Source: Octopus sinensis (lineage: Eukaryota). Taken from it: DNA of 64,000 bases. Below the pieces are notes generated by a model that made no database searches, was not told where the DNA came from, and saw only the letters and a program-made list of their open reading frames with translations. The stretch is taken from positions 1,612,001 to 1,676,000 of the forward strand of contig NC_043004.1 in assembly GCF_006345805.1 (NCBI RefSeq), written 5' to 3'. A program made the translations under genes and the position numbers. This document shows positions 41,065-54,710 of the stretch, piece after piece; position 1 is the first letter of the stretch; each line of letters begins with the position of its first letter.

Positions 41065-41419
41065 AAGTGAAGTACACCGACTCCAGTGCTCAACAGGTAC
41101 TTGTTTTATCGACTCCTGAAATGATGAAAGGTAAAGTCGACCTCGGCGGAATTTGAACTCAGAACATAACGGCAGATAAAATACCTATTTCTTTACTACC
41201 CACAAGGGGCTACACACAGAGGGGACAAACAAGGACAGACAAACGGATTAAGTCGATTACATCGACACCAGTGCGTAACTGGTACTTATTTAATCGACCC
41301 CGAAAGGATGAAAGGCAAAGTCGACCACGGCGGAAATTGAACTCACAACGCAACGGCAGACGAAATACCGCTAAGCATTTTGTCCGGTGCTGCTGAGGAT
41401 TCTGGCAGGCCATCGCCTT
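41065..41419 (-). mobile_element. SINE family B dimer
   Basis: Reverse-complement match; two monomers joined at atacctatttctttactacccacaagggg. Confidence 0.8.
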
Positions 41420-42130
41420 AATAGCACAATAAACATTGCAAGTCATTTAGACTGCTCCAGTAATTCTATCACTGAGCCATTTAAGCCATTTCGATGATTA
41501 TTAAATCAGTTTCTCTAAATTAATGTTAATCTTTTTGTTGTCCTGGTTGTTACTGTTGTTTCCAATGTTGATAGTGCTCCGCTAGTTTACATTCAACCAC
41601 ATCAGCTTCATCACACCTTTTCGTCACTATTTATTGTCGTTGTCATCTTCATCGTAATCCTAACCCTAACCCTAACCCTCCACCACCACCGTTATCGTAA
41701 TTGTATTATCCTTAACATCATCATCTCTAGCAGACTTACTACCAATAATATCAGTATCATCGCTATCGTCGCCATCGACGATGTTGTCGTAGACAGAACT
41801 GGTATTATTCAATGAGAATCAAGCACTGATCAATATTTTCGCAATAGATTATTGATTAATTTCAATGAGTACTTCACACGGATAAATAAAGAACTTTAAA
41901 CACTCAACCCTAACCATCGCAGACTTAATGAAAAACAAAAACGAACATCAATACTACGAGTTTAAACGAAATAAGATACACACCAATTAGAGTAATTACA
42001 AAGATACTCACTCCCAGCCAAAAATTAAAAACCAGAACTGTTTATAAATGTGCAAAATATATGCTGCCGAGTCATAGAGAAAAAAAAAATTAAGTAGATA
42101 AATACTATATCAAGAAAATTATTGAAGAAT

Positions 42131-42448
42131 TCCTTCGGTTATGACGACGAGGGTCTCAGCTGATCCGATCAACGGAACAGTTTGCTCATGAAATTAATGT
42201 GCAAGAGGCTGAGCACTCCATAGACACGTGTACCCGTAACGTAGTTCTCAGGGAGATTCAGCATGACACAGAGTGTAACAAGACTGGCCCTTTGAAATAC
42301 AGGTACTACTTATTTTTGCCAGCTGAGTGAACTGGAGCAACGTGAAATAAAGTGTCTTGCTGAAAGACACTACGCGTCGCCGGGAATTGAACCCACGACT
42401 TTACGATCGTGAGCAGAATACCCTAACCACTAAGCCACGCGCCTTCAC
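42131..42448 (-). mobile_element. tRNA-derived SINE family D (3' half shared with family C)
   Basis: Reverse-complement head gtgaaggcgcgtggcttagtggttagg...gggttcaattccc; second copy at 60346-60650. Confidence 0.85.
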
Positions 42449-43154
42449 AAGTAAATTATAGAATTAGACTGAATGCAACATTCAAAAGAAAATGTTCTTG
42501 GCAGAAATATCTAACGCGTTAGTTTGTGAAAATCTTTCTTGGATCTGTTTATTGATTTTAGGTTCTGTTATATTCACTGCGGTGTGAAACGCCCTCATTA
42601 CCTTTCTTTGTACTTCGCACCTGTCCATTTTGTTTTGTATTTTGATTTTTGTTGCTAATTTGTGACGGGTGTGCTAACGATTCAGGTTTGAGATTTCCGA
42701 GGTTCTGATAACTTTTAGAGAGTTTGCTTCAAAAGTCTAATTTTCGATCCCGTTCTGATACTCTGCTACAAAACGTGTCCCATGGTAAACCCTGCGATAG
42801 ACGAGTTGGTGTGATTTAGACATTTACATGATGTCTAAGGACTGAGATTATCCTTATTTGGAAGAGAAGATGTTTGTACTATCCCATTAAATAGGTTGTC
42901 TTGAAGCTCAGAGTGGCCTGTCTTCCCTCATCCAGAGATGTTGTCCTAGGCTGGATGCTCTCTAGAAAATATATTATATCTCTCAGCTATAAGAGAAAAG
43001 AGAAGATAGACAGACAAATATCTCTGGCCTTTCACTTAATTAAGTATGCTTGAAGAGGGTGAGAAGGGCCTGACCACCATTGTCTAGGGTGGTCATTCCC
43101 CACCAAACATTGACATGGTATTTTAGGCATTGAGCTTTTCCATACCATCGGGTT

Positions 43155-43500
43155 TTATTACCTCCGCCTTCGCTAAGGCGGAGGTATTGTTTTCAGTCGT
43201 GTTTGTTTGTTTAACCATGGACAAGATATTTCAAGAACTGCTGGATAAATTCGGATGAAACTTTCAGGGATGTTTGGCCTCGTGACTGGCACGAACTGAT
43301 TAGATTTGGGGAACGTTCTGGATTATTTTCCTGCTTTATTACTTAATTTCTGAGAGCGATCGGGTTAATTTTTTTAGTATTCTCGTTTGTGAGAGCAGTT
43401 GAGTTTATTTCAGATATTCTCATTTTAAAAATCATCTCTGGCTAATCGTTGAGGGGACGTTGGTGTTGCCCTGGCGGAGGTTTGCGCTCTCTCAGTTCTC
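43155..43500 (+). mobile_element. Non-autonomous Helentron/Helitron2-type element (HINE/DINE-1-like)
   Basis: 5' subterminal hairpin acctccgcc-ttcgctaa-ggcggaggt; matching subterminal inverted repeat ggcggaggt near the 3' end, followed by a small gcgctct stem; T-rich flanks and no TSD. Confidence 0.7.
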
Positions 43501-43557
<57 letters not shown>

Positions 43558-43879
43558 AAAGAAATCATTATTGTTATTGTATTATTAGCGGCGGTAGTAA
43601 TAATTGCAGCCGCAGCAGTTCTGTTTTAGCTTCTTCGTGTGTTTATAAGCGTACCTGTTGCCTTAGAGTTGCCAGTGTCTTAAGTGTGTCTAGGTAACAA
43701 TTTGTTGAATTTTGCCGGTTGTTCTAGGGCTTATTACATTCTGGTAAAACATTCTGGTACCATATCTAGAGCAGTACATCTATGCTTCACTCCTTCTCGC
43801 TCATTGTGGGTCTGTCTGTTTGTCTGTCTGCCTGTCCATTTTTCTCCTTCTATTTACATATATTTACATTCACACACAC

Positions 43880-43929
<50 letters not shown>

Positions 43930-45554
43930 TGACAACATTTTATAATCCTCACCGATTAGAGAAGAAAAACAAATTAATTTTGAACGAGTGGAAAGTTCGA
44001 TCTAGTTCCGATATAAGTTCTTCATAACTCGCTCGAAATAATCTTTAAAAAGCTCGAGTTCGCAAAATTATTAACTGGAAGACAATTATGTTGAGTGAGA
44101 ATTCAAACAATTTCTAGGATCATTGACCAATATGCGGATCACAGTTGATAAGATTGAGATGAGTAAGCTAAATCTGAGAGACGGGGTCATTTTCGGATTA
44201 TTAAGAATTTGTTTGCTTTTGTATCACCTCAAGTAAAAATTCCTCACAGTGTCCCTTAATTTTCCAATGTAATCTGGAATGAATTCAATATTCAGGTACT
44301 AAAATAGTGGAATAGTGGGTGGCACAGTGGTGCAACCTAAGACAAAGTGTGCGATCCGTTCTGGTACTATTTCTGTTGTTTCACTTTCATGCTTAATCAA
44401 AAAACAAAAAAATAGAAAAAAAAAACCAATTTAGTATCTGGTAGTCTTCCCTGTCTGCTGTGAATCTCTGTCTCTCCCCAATTTCAATGACACGATGTAT
44501 TATTTCATATCGTTCGTCAATATTTTATCTTCAACGCCTTGTATTTCTTTCTCTTCCCTCAGTGACTAAAAACTCTTCCATTCGCTCTTTAAAACATTTG
44601 CTATTACTCTCTATCATATCTGAGTGTATCTTCCCCGCCTCGCCTCTGTAGCACTGCTACCACAATAACACTCTTCTCTCTTCCTTTTTCTATCAACCAT
44701 TTGTGTTATTTCTTCTTTTTCCCTTCGTTATCTTTTCTTTCTTTCTCTCTCTCTCTTTCTCTGTCTCTGTTTCTTTGTCTCTCCGGCTGTAATGACATCG
44801 CTTGATTGCTGCGACAGACGGCTGCGATATCAATATTTTGCATTCCTGTACAATAAATTGAACGAATGATTCATATCAAAGACCGAAATAGCAATAAAAG
44901 GATGGACGAAACAAAACAGAAACATTATAGCATATCTCTGATTTCCTGTTCCTCGTCTCACACACCTTACGATTGGTTTGTCTAATAAATATCAGTCGTG
45001 ATAAACACAAATACGTATGAATAGGTTTTTATTATTCGAATGTCAGACGATTGACCTATACGCCAGGGATTGTAATAAACGTGCTATCTACTGGTGACTG
45101 TTGTTCCCATAATCCATTTGGAAAGGAGTCATGACTCAAAGCTGTCTTCAAGGGTTTATCTAGGGCAAGTCAGCTTCACGTAACTCATCATTATCTAACA
45201 TATATATCCACACCAGAGATAAAGATGTCCAACTCGGAAATTTCAGAAAATATTCATCGATGTAATCCACTTGTATTTTACCCTTTCTTAATTACTGTAT
45301 TTATTTATTTTTTTCTTCTCACAGATTGTAAACTCAGAATACTGAAGACAGGGTGTGAAAACAAGAGTTCAAATAATCATTCCAGCTCCCGGTTGCCTGC
45401 ACAACCTATAAATTGGAATGAAGTGTGCCTTTGTATCAGTTCGTAGCGCTTAAATTCTCAGGTTACATTTGACATGCGCACGAAGTAAACCACAAATATC
45501 TTCATTATTTACATTATTTACATTTGACGGATATTTGTCCTGATATTTGATATT

Positions 45555-45600
45555 AACACAACGTTTCGGCTGATATACCCTCCAGCCTTCATCAGGTGTC
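45555..45600 (-). ncRNA. Minimal type I hammerhead ribozyme motif (Penelope-type)
   Basis: 5'-GACAC CUGAUGA A GGCUG gagggUAUAU CAGCC GAA ACGU U GUGUU-3'. Conserved core, 5-bp stem II, palindromic ACGU in place of helix III, stem I GACAC/GUGUU. Activity is not shown. Confidence 0.75.
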
Positions 45601-45883
45601 TTGTGGAAATTTCGAACCTGGGTTCTCATTCCTAAAGTATTTTTCGATGTTGTTGTTGTTGTTGTTATTATTATTATTATTAGTATTATTTTATTATTAT
45701 TATTATTATTATTTAGGTCACTGCTTGGAATCGAACTCGGAATGTTGGGGTTAGTAGCCTGCGCTCGTAACGACTATGCATAACCACGGGCATATAGCAT
45801 AGTGGTTAAGAGCGCGGGCTACTAACCCAAAGATTCCGAGTACGATTCCAAACAGTAACCTGACTACTACTACAACTACTACA

Positions 45884-45950
<67 letters not shown>

Positions 45951-46025
45951 ATAATAATAATAATAATAATAATAACATCGAAAAATAGCTTAGGAAGGAA
46001 AAATCAGGTTCCAAATTTCCCCCAA

Positions 46026-46068
46026 GACACTTGATGAAGGCTGGAGGGTATATCAGCCGAAACGTGTT
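46026..46068 (+). ncRNA. Degenerate hammerhead motif in the right arm (C3>U, stem I partner shortened)
   Basis: GACAC UUGAUGA A GGCUG..CAGCC GAAACGUGUU; probably inactive. Confidence 0.55.
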
Positions 46069-46789
46069 AACAACAAACAAGATGAGGACAAATATCCGTC
46101 AAATGTAAATAATGTAATATTTTTTAGTCTTTATACTACGCTCTGCTTGAGCGCGTAGAGAAAATGTTTGATGATTTGCATGAAATAAAATCCAAGAGTC
46201 GCAAGTAAAAAAACTGCTTATTGGTCATTAGTACGGCCAGTTCTTCTTGGACAACGTTTGTTACAGAATTGGAAATTATACAGGCTCTATCTGCGGATCA
46301 CTAAATTGTAAAGGAAACTGCACGACCAAGCTGCACATCAAGAGGACGTGGGGGGGGCTACACTTTTAAACTACCCAGACAAATTATTTTTTGGAAATGG
46401 TGATAACAGAAAGTTGGTGCAGATCATTACCACCAAGTTGATGAACAACTTACTTCAAATTATTTCCGTTACCTTTTTCGGTTTCCTTGGTTAGTTGCTT
46501 TCGTCACGGCTTAGGAGCTCAACTCATTCTGGTAGAATCAATGCGGACCTAGGTACCAAATGAGAAACAGCATCGTTTAAGAAAATTACTATTTTCAAGT
46601 CTCACAACGAGAGACATTCAGCAACAATATTTTGTACTAAAGATTGTTTGCCAACATAACATGGCAGTCCTGGTTTAGGACAAATTCTGCTGTAATTTAG
46701 CCCCAGGAGACATCGTCTCCAGCTGGCTATACGACACGATCTGTGGGAGTGCTAGATTCCCTTGTTCCAAAAATGTAAGTACACAGATC

Positions 46790-46825
<36 letters not shown>

Positions 46826-46849
46826 GTGTGTATGTATGTATATTCATGT

Positions 46850-47100
46850 ATATGTATGTGTGTGCGTGTATGTGAGTGTGTGTGTCTTTATGTCCTATTT
46901 TGTCTCCCCACCACCGCTTGACAACTGACGCTGGTGTATTTAAGTCCTTGTAACTTCGCAGTTCGGCAGTACAGACCGATAGAATAAGTACCAGGCTTTA
47001 CAAAAGAAAACCTAATAAGTACTGAGGTCGATTCGTTCAACTAAAATTCCACAAGGCTGTGCCCCAGCATGGTCACAGTCCAATGACTAAAAAAGTAAGA
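46850..47100 (+). mobile_element. SINE family A, 3' half
   Basis: ccaccaccgcttgacaactgacgctggtg...gaccgatagaataagtacc...ccagcatggtcacagtc matches the family body and tail. Confidence 0.75.
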
Positions 47101-47224
47101 GATGAAAGATATATGTAATACGTGTGTATATATATAATATATATATAATATATATATATATATATGTATGTATATATATATATTTATAATACACACATAT
47201 ATAAATAATACATTTATATGTATA

Positions 47225-47273
<49 letters not shown>

Positions 47274-47293
47274 ATATATATATATATATATAC

Positions 47294-47324
<31 letters not shown>

Positions 47325-48061
47325 AGCATACGCATACGCGCACACTCACGCACACACATTAATAGGGCAGTTAAAACTTGAAAGTAATTATGTTCCTTTG
47401 GTAAGAAAAAGACCCATGGAAAGAAAATATGGGAACCGCTTCAGATGCTCCGTTGCGTGTCTGTTGTCAGTTACTGCTCTGATGGCTTTAATAAATAGAT
47501 AAATAAATCAACACACAAACAAACAAACATATAAATAAATAAATAAATAAATAGGCAGAACATCACAATATGGTTGAGAGAATCATATGATTTCTTAATT
47601 TAAATCAGACGATATTTTAAAGTGATAGCAAATGAAAGGGAAGTCTTGCAGTGTTTCTGTAAAACCATCTATGTTGAACTTTAATTAGAGACTTCTTACT
47701 GAAGTGATAAACGCATTGCTGGCAGTCGAACCCAGTGAAGTGAAATCTAGCATGAGCGGGGGGTGGAGAAGATGAAACAAAGCGAAAAAGGAGGAGGTGG
47801 GAACAAAGCAAAGTTGAGAAAATATGGTGGAAAATGTGATAAGGACAATGTTTATTGAAATGGGATGATGGTGGCTGGGGGGAGGGGAGTAGTGAAAGAG
47901 GAATGGTAAGGATAGCGTAGATGAAGGGTTGTTTTAATGATTGTGGGGAAGTGGGATGAAAGGATGTTAAAGTTTGTATGTGTGATATCTATAAGTGATT
48001 TAATAGCAGCTAGAATGCAGGAGTGTGTGAGAGAGAGAGAGAGAGAGAGTGAAAGGGAGAG

Positions 48062-48101
<40 letters not shown>

Positions 48102-48784
48102 TTAGAAAGAGAGACATAATGAACGTGAGAGTGACAGAGAAGAGGAAATTAAAAAGATTTAATGTCGAAGAGACATAAAAAGACAGAAACAGAGAAATAT
48201 TTGATATTTAAGAAATAGTGTGAGAGAGAGAGAGGAGAGACAGAAAGAGAGAGAGAGATAGCGAGAGAGAAAGAGTATGTGTGTGTGTGTGTGTGTGAAT
48301 GAGATATTAAATGCGACAGTGGTGTAAACGATGGATTTAATGGCAGAGAAAGATATGTGAAACAAGTCGTAGGAAATGAAGATGCAAAAGATTAAAAATT
48401 GAGGGAAAAAAAAAATTTGAAAGTTATATTATTGCAATTAGCGAGCTGCGGGTATTGTGTCAAAGTATTGTGTGGAGCAGCACCTCAGTACGATGACACG
48501 TTAGATAACTGTAATGTGCATTTTGTGGCCTCGGTGCCGCTCTTTCGTCTCTCTACACCACCTCAACACCTCATATGATTCATTCGTTTTACAACTTCAT
48601 TCCAAAGTCATATGTATGGAACCGGTTGAAACGAAGCTACGGTATGAGGACCTCTGTAAGAATCTGTGCCTGTAAAACAACTCGAACCCAGTATTCTAAG
48701 TTAAAAGGTACCGGGTTGAATTTTTGCAATTAGAGTTGGGGTTGCTGCTGGATTCACTTCGCAATAATACGATTGTTTTTGTTT

Positions 48785-49131
48785 TATTTCTTTATTGCCC
48801 ACAGGGGGATAAATATAGAGGAGACAAACAAGAACAGACAAAGGGATTAAGTTGATAATATCGACCCCAGTGCGTAACTGGTACTTATTTAATCTACCCC
48901 GAAAGAATGAAAGGCAAAGCCGACCTCGGCGGAATTTGAATTCAGAACGTAACTGTTTCTTTACTACCTACAAGGGGCTAAACATAGAGGGGACAAACAA
49001 GGACAAACAAACGGAATAAGCCGATTACATCGACCCCAGTGTGTAACTGGTACTTAATTTATCGACCACGAGAGGATGAAAGGCAAAGTCGACCTCGGTG
49101 GAATTTGAACTCAGAAAGTAACGGCAGACGC
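48785..49131 (-). mobile_element. Two tandem SINE family B monomers
   Basis: Reverse-complement matches to the family consensus. Confidence 0.82.
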
Positions 49132-49536
49132 AATAGGATTACGGGTTCGATCGGCGACCCTGACATTATGAATTCAGTTCTTTACTTATGAATTAAAAAT
49201 CTTTGTACAAACTCACTAGAAAGATTGCATTATCTTGACTTTTCAGTCCGTTTTGTTCTTTTTGCAAATATTCAAACCATTACAACGAATAGTCCACGAT
49301 TTCTAGTTTCAGCCTCCCAACCTAACCATCTTAATTTTGAAAACTTTAAAAATGCGGTAAGAGCTTCCCTTCCATCTATAAATAAACCATAAAATAAGAT
49401 GCACAGAAATACTCACAGATATATTAATACATACAAAAAAGCAAACACGCATATACGTGAGTATATACATGCGTTTGGGTGGAATTCGTGTCGCTGATAC
49501 ATCATCTAGTTTTTCGAAGAACGAATTACACACTTA

Positions 49537-50130
49537 AAAGGCGGCGAGCTGGCAGAAACGTTAGCACGCCGGACGAAATGCTTAGCAGTATTTCGTCTGT
49601 CTTTACGTTCTGAGTTCAAATTCCGCCGAGTTCGACTTTGCCTTTCATCAATTCGGGGTCGATAAATTAAGCACCAGTTACGCACTGGGGTCGAAATAAT
49701 CGACTTAATCCGTTTGTCTGTCCTTGTTTGTCCTCTCTGTGTTTAGCCCCTTGTGGGTAGTAAAGAAATAGGTATTTCGTCTGTCTTTATGTTCTGAGTT
49801 CAAATTCCGCCGAGGTCGACTTTGCATTTCATCCTTTCAGGTTCGAAAAATTGAGTACCACTTGGGTACTGGGGTCGATGTAATCGACTAGCCCTCTCCC
49901 CCCAAATTCCGGGCCTTATGCCTAGAATAGAAAAGAATATTTAAAGCGGTGAGTTGGCAGAAACGTTAGCACGCCGGACGAAATGCTTAGCGGTATTTCG
50001 TCTGTCTTTACGTTCTGAATTCAAATTCCGCCGAGGTCGACTTTGCCTTTCATCCTTTCGGGATTGATAAATTAAGTTCCAGTTATGTACTTGTTCCCCA
50101 AATTTCGGCCCTTGTGCCTAGAGTAGAAAA
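49537..50130 (+). mobile_element. SINE family B trimer with 14-bp TSD
   Basis: gaattacacactta at 49523-49536 and 50131-50144. Confidence 0.9.
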
Positions 50131-50896
50131 GAATTACACACTTAGATGCAGTATAAGTGACGAAAATAAAGGAATAATAGAAATGGTGGCAAACAAAATA
50201 CTTTTCAGCATTTAGTTACTTCACACTACCTTCTTTGATGAAGGTTTGCTAAATTCTTGTAGCATCTCGTAACGCTGATATCATCCACTGTATCTTACTA
50301 TAAGCACGTGACCTCGTTCCTATCTCACACTGCATTACAGTATAAACGACTGAGTATTTCAGAGATATTTGTGACTTTAGTGGAAACGGCAAAATAGATA
50401 AAGAGGCCAACGTTCAAAATAAGAACTTTTCCAAAAATACTTCTTTTTCTTCTTTATCTGTTTTTATCTAAATTGTTGAAATATATTTTGCTTACTTAAT
50501 ACAATCGGCCTCTATGCTGTCCTGATGATGCATAAAATACTGAAACACACTGTTTATAGACAGAAATATTATCAAATATTACAATAATAAAAATAAAGAT
50601 AAAAAAAAAACAATACAATTGCTTACTTAACCGTAATTATATACGAAAAAATCTCATCCAGAATACTTCACAAATTTCTCCAGCTTACAAAAAAGAACCC
50701 CGCGAATACTTACATGCGCACGCGCGTACACTCCATATATAGATTAACAGAAAGAAAAAAAATATTGATATATAGATACATATGTATATTGATATATACA
50801 TATATATACACATGCATGTGTATGTGTGTATGTTGCCACGTATGTGTATATATATATATGTATATATCAATATTTCTTTCTTAATATACACATATA

Positions 50897-51061
50897 GGCG
50901 CAGCAGTGGCTGTGTGGTAAGTAGCTTGTTTACCAACCACATGGTTCCGGGTTCAGTCCCACTGCGTGGCACCTTGGGCAAGTTTCTTCTACTATAGCTT
51001 CGGGCCGACCAAAGCCTTGTGAGTGGATTTGGTAGACGGAAACTGAAAGAAGCCCGTCATA

Positions 51062-51098
<37 letters not shown>

Positions 51099-51310
51099 TT
51101 GTATGTGTGTGTTTGTCCACCCTAGCATTGCTTGACAACTGATGCTGATATGTTTATGTCCCCGTTACGTAGCGGTTCAGCAAAAGAGACCGATAGAATA
51201 AGTACTGGGCTTACAAAAGAATAAGTCCCGGGGTCGAGTTGCTCGATTAAAGGCGGTGCTCCAACATGGCCGCAGTCAAATGACTGAAACAAGTAAAAGA
51301 GTAAACGAGT
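50897..51310 (+). mobile_element. SINE family A full-length copy
   Basis: ggcgcagcagtggctgtgtggtaagtagc...aaacaagtaaaagagtaaacgag. Confidence 0.9.
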
Positions 51311-51457
51311 GTATATATATATATATATATATATATATCCTATTTTCGCTCCTTTTTTTTTCCTTGTTTCTCTACTTGTTTCTTTCTGTGTTGCTTTCTA
51401 CACCACCTGTCTTCGTCTTTTGTTTTTTTTTTAATTCTCCCTATATATACACACACA

Positions 51458-51524
<67 letters not shown>

Positions 51525-51575
51525 GTTAAATAGAAAGATGAATAATCTTGTTGCAGATTATCAAAAAGTTTAACC

Positions 51576-51813
51576 GATACCACGGGACTTAGCAAGCTAA
51601 TATGGCGATTGAAGAATACGAACTCAAGCTACAGGCTGGAATGGTCAATTTTGTCGGTGGCCCTCCATTTGACAGGGGCAGAAGGAGTGCAACCTTTGTG
51701 TCTCCGAACTCTTCCATATATTGTTCGCCAGAGACCGGATGGTAAACGGGCTTTTACAGTCGGCTTTTCGATGCCCCCATTGGCGGCGTTATACTTATCT
51801 TGCTTATAAATAA
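51576..51813 (+). mobile_element. Penelope-like retroelement remnant: C-terminus of the GIY-YIG endonuclease region (two frameshifts)
   Basis: Stitched translation DTTGLSKLIWRLKNTNSSYRLEWSILSVA/PFDRGRR/CNLCVSELFHILFARDRMVNGLLQSAFRCPHWRRYTYLAYK* fits the TxLSKxIWxLK...WxI...CxLC..E...LN...CxH pattern of PLE ORF ends (recognised from memory). Confidence 0.7.
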
Positions 51814-52613
51814 CGCTTATAAATAATACCTGCACCCGGTTACACTACTTATATGAAAATAGCCCTTGGTAATAAATTCTGAAAAAGCTTTTAAGAGAAA
51901 TATGATTAACCATTGCAAGGGGATTACTCCTGGGAGATGAATGGTGTTTTGTTTTTGACGACGGGGGGGTTTCTTGACAGGCATGATTAGACGAACACAC
52001 GCACACATAAAATATTTTTTCTGCCGCCCGACGGATTTTACAGCAGTGACCATTGTGTAGAGCTGTTTACCAACTGACGGCCGCGCGATCAACGCACACA
52101 CGTACACATAAAATATTTTCTACCCCTGACGGATTTCTCAGCAGTGACCAGAGTGTAGCGCTTCTTACCAACTTGCGGCCCGCACACATATAGAGAACAG
52201 CACACACACACATGTCTCTAAGTAGATTTTGTCCGCCCCATATAAACACCTAATATTCTTTAAATAGTCAGAACTTTAGTCTCGGTCACAAAGAACATCT
52301 ACGCACCCCGTGCCCTCACCCACCGGAATGACCGCTGCCTGACCCGTTAAAATCTTCAACGCACTCACCACCCGTTTTCAACATACATGATAAACAGTTT
52401 GGCCATGGGCTCTTAGGAGCCTCGTTCGATTTGTTTTGCTCCGCCTCTGTTCTGTTTTTGTTTTTTCCAACGGATTTCCTATTTCTTCCTGAAGAGAAAG
52501 AAACAATATGGTCTCATTATTCAATCGGAAATTGGTAAATTGTGCCTTTCGAACACGTGTAGAATGCAATAAAACGATTTCTGTTAATCTTCGTTCAACT
52601 CCATTTCTTCAAT

Positions 52614-52614
<1 letters not shown>

Positions 52615-52661
<47 letters not shown>

Positions 52662-53611
52662 AATATATATATATATATGTAAATATATATACATATACAT
52701 TATATGTATATACATACAATACACACACACACAACACACACACATATAATATATATATATATATACATATAGATGCATATACACAGATATGCAGGAAGCA
52801 AATCTACACCTATAATTTTCAAAATCCTTTATTTAATACGGAAATATATTGATTAAAGAGGGTCATTTAAGATGAGGGCATATCAAAGTGAAGCATACCA
52901 CATCAATGGCTCTGCGGTGAAACACGAAGTATCAGGTAAACAATCCAGGAAGCCTACTGGTGTTTGAAAGTCTGCAATTCCAAGAGTATCCAAAGAATGT
53001 CTAGTGACAGGCCGCTGTTTGTTCTTATGTAACAGTGCAGCCTGAATTCTGGGAGACGTTGTTCGTGCTTTGCCGTATTTTACAGATGTTGCGCTACATA
53101 ATTCTTGCTTGAAGGTCGCTAAGATGCAACAAAATGTCTTCGTAAAACGATTGAGCGATATCTTGTTTGTTTTTAATACGTGCATACATGCATACAAACA
53201 TATAGTGCATATATGTATTCATACATACACACACACGCACAGACACACACATATCTATATCTATCTATCTCGTATGTATGTTATGTATATCTGTGTGTAT
53301 ATATATATATATATCTTATATAATTTTATATATTATATATTTAATATATATATATATATAATATATATTATATAGCTATATTAATATATATATATAATAT
53401 ATTATATATTATCTACTATATAGTATATATATATATTTATATAAATGTACAATTCCTGGTGTCCCAGCCTAGATATTGTCAATGTTCTCTAGTTATGATG
53501 TAGATCAATACGTATTATAAACCCACATACACATTCATAACCACATATACACACAGGCATACGTGCACATATAATGTGATACACAAGCATTCAACTATGA
53601 GTGCAATACAG

Positions 53612-53642
<31 letters not shown>

Positions 53643-53990
53643 ATGTTATATATACATACCTCATCACCCATATATATATATATATATGCATAAATTAAAA
53701 TGTGTGTGGATGTAAATATATATATATTATATATATCTATTATATATATTAAATATGTAGATAATATATTATAAATATGTATAGTATATATATATATATG
53801 TATATGTGTGTGTGCGTTATGTATCTATGTCTGTGTATTTGGATGTACATATATATATATTATATATATATACATATCTATATATATATCTATATATATA
53901 TCTATATATTTATTATAGATATATATATATGTATGTATATATATATGTATGTATGTGTGTTGTGTGTATATATGTGTGCATGCATGGGTG
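52615..53990. repeat. (TA)n/(TG)n low-complexity tracts interspersed with short unique segments
   Basis: Visible directly. Confidence 0.85.
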
Positions 53991-54435
53991 TGTGCTTAAA
54001 TGAAACTGTGAGTCTGCTAGCGCTGGTCCTAGCAATACTGTTGGTGTATTATATCTAGTTGTGTTGTGACATATTGATTGAACTGTTTAATGAATAGAGC
54101 GACCCTAATAATAAATATCCGCATCCCGGTCTATTTGCATTTCTTGCACATGTCAGTAAAACTAATACATTGTCATCACTAATGACAGTTCAATTAGACG
54201 GAACGAAATCAGCTCAGTGGAAAATGGAGCGTAGTGAAACACAGAGTACAAACAGGACACATGAAGATTGCACAGGACTCAGGCACCATTTCTAGCGTAC
54301 AAACACACTGCAGTTAAAGTCGTGCTTACACAGATACACACGGCTGCGGGCGGGCGCATGCGGTGGGTAATACCGCAGCGGTATCTATGCTTCTAGAGAT
54401 ATACAGAGCGAATGCTGTGTATGTATGTATGAGTG

Positions 54436-54523
<88 letters not shown>

Positions 54524-54526
54524 ATA

Positions 54527-54567
<41 letters not shown>

Positions 54568-54710
54568 GTTTGTGCATGCATGTATGTGTCTGTGTCTCAG
54601 TGTGTGCATCGGTGCCCCAGCATGGCCGCAGTCCTTGGACAGAAAGTTGAAGAGAAAAAATATATGGGCTAATACAAGTATATAAAATATATATAAATAT
54701 ATGTGTATAT

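Larger units (their letters stand above)
45509..46117. mobile_element. ~610-bp palindromic element: two head-to-head arms, each with tRNA-like head, microsatellite and hammerhead-bearing tail
   Basis: The arms are diverged reverse complements about a centre near 45785. Termini ttacattatttacatttgacggatatttgtcc and ggacaaatatccgtcaaatgtaaataatgtaa. Confidence 0.9.

Noticed and set aside
41659-41679. (CCCTAA)3 as an interstitial telomere
   Set aside because: Only about three units, inside a degenerate trinucleotide-rich tract; expected by chance.
45715-45862. tRNA-like heads (here and at 31638, 42380-42448, 55321, 60346) as genuine tRNA genes
   Set aside because: No complete acceptor stem could be formed, and each head runs straight into a repeated SINE body.
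50510-50565. CTGATGA...GAAA spacing suggestive of a third hammerhead
   Set aside because: The stem II region (tgcataaaatact) does not pair and stem I is out of register; at most a decayed remnant.
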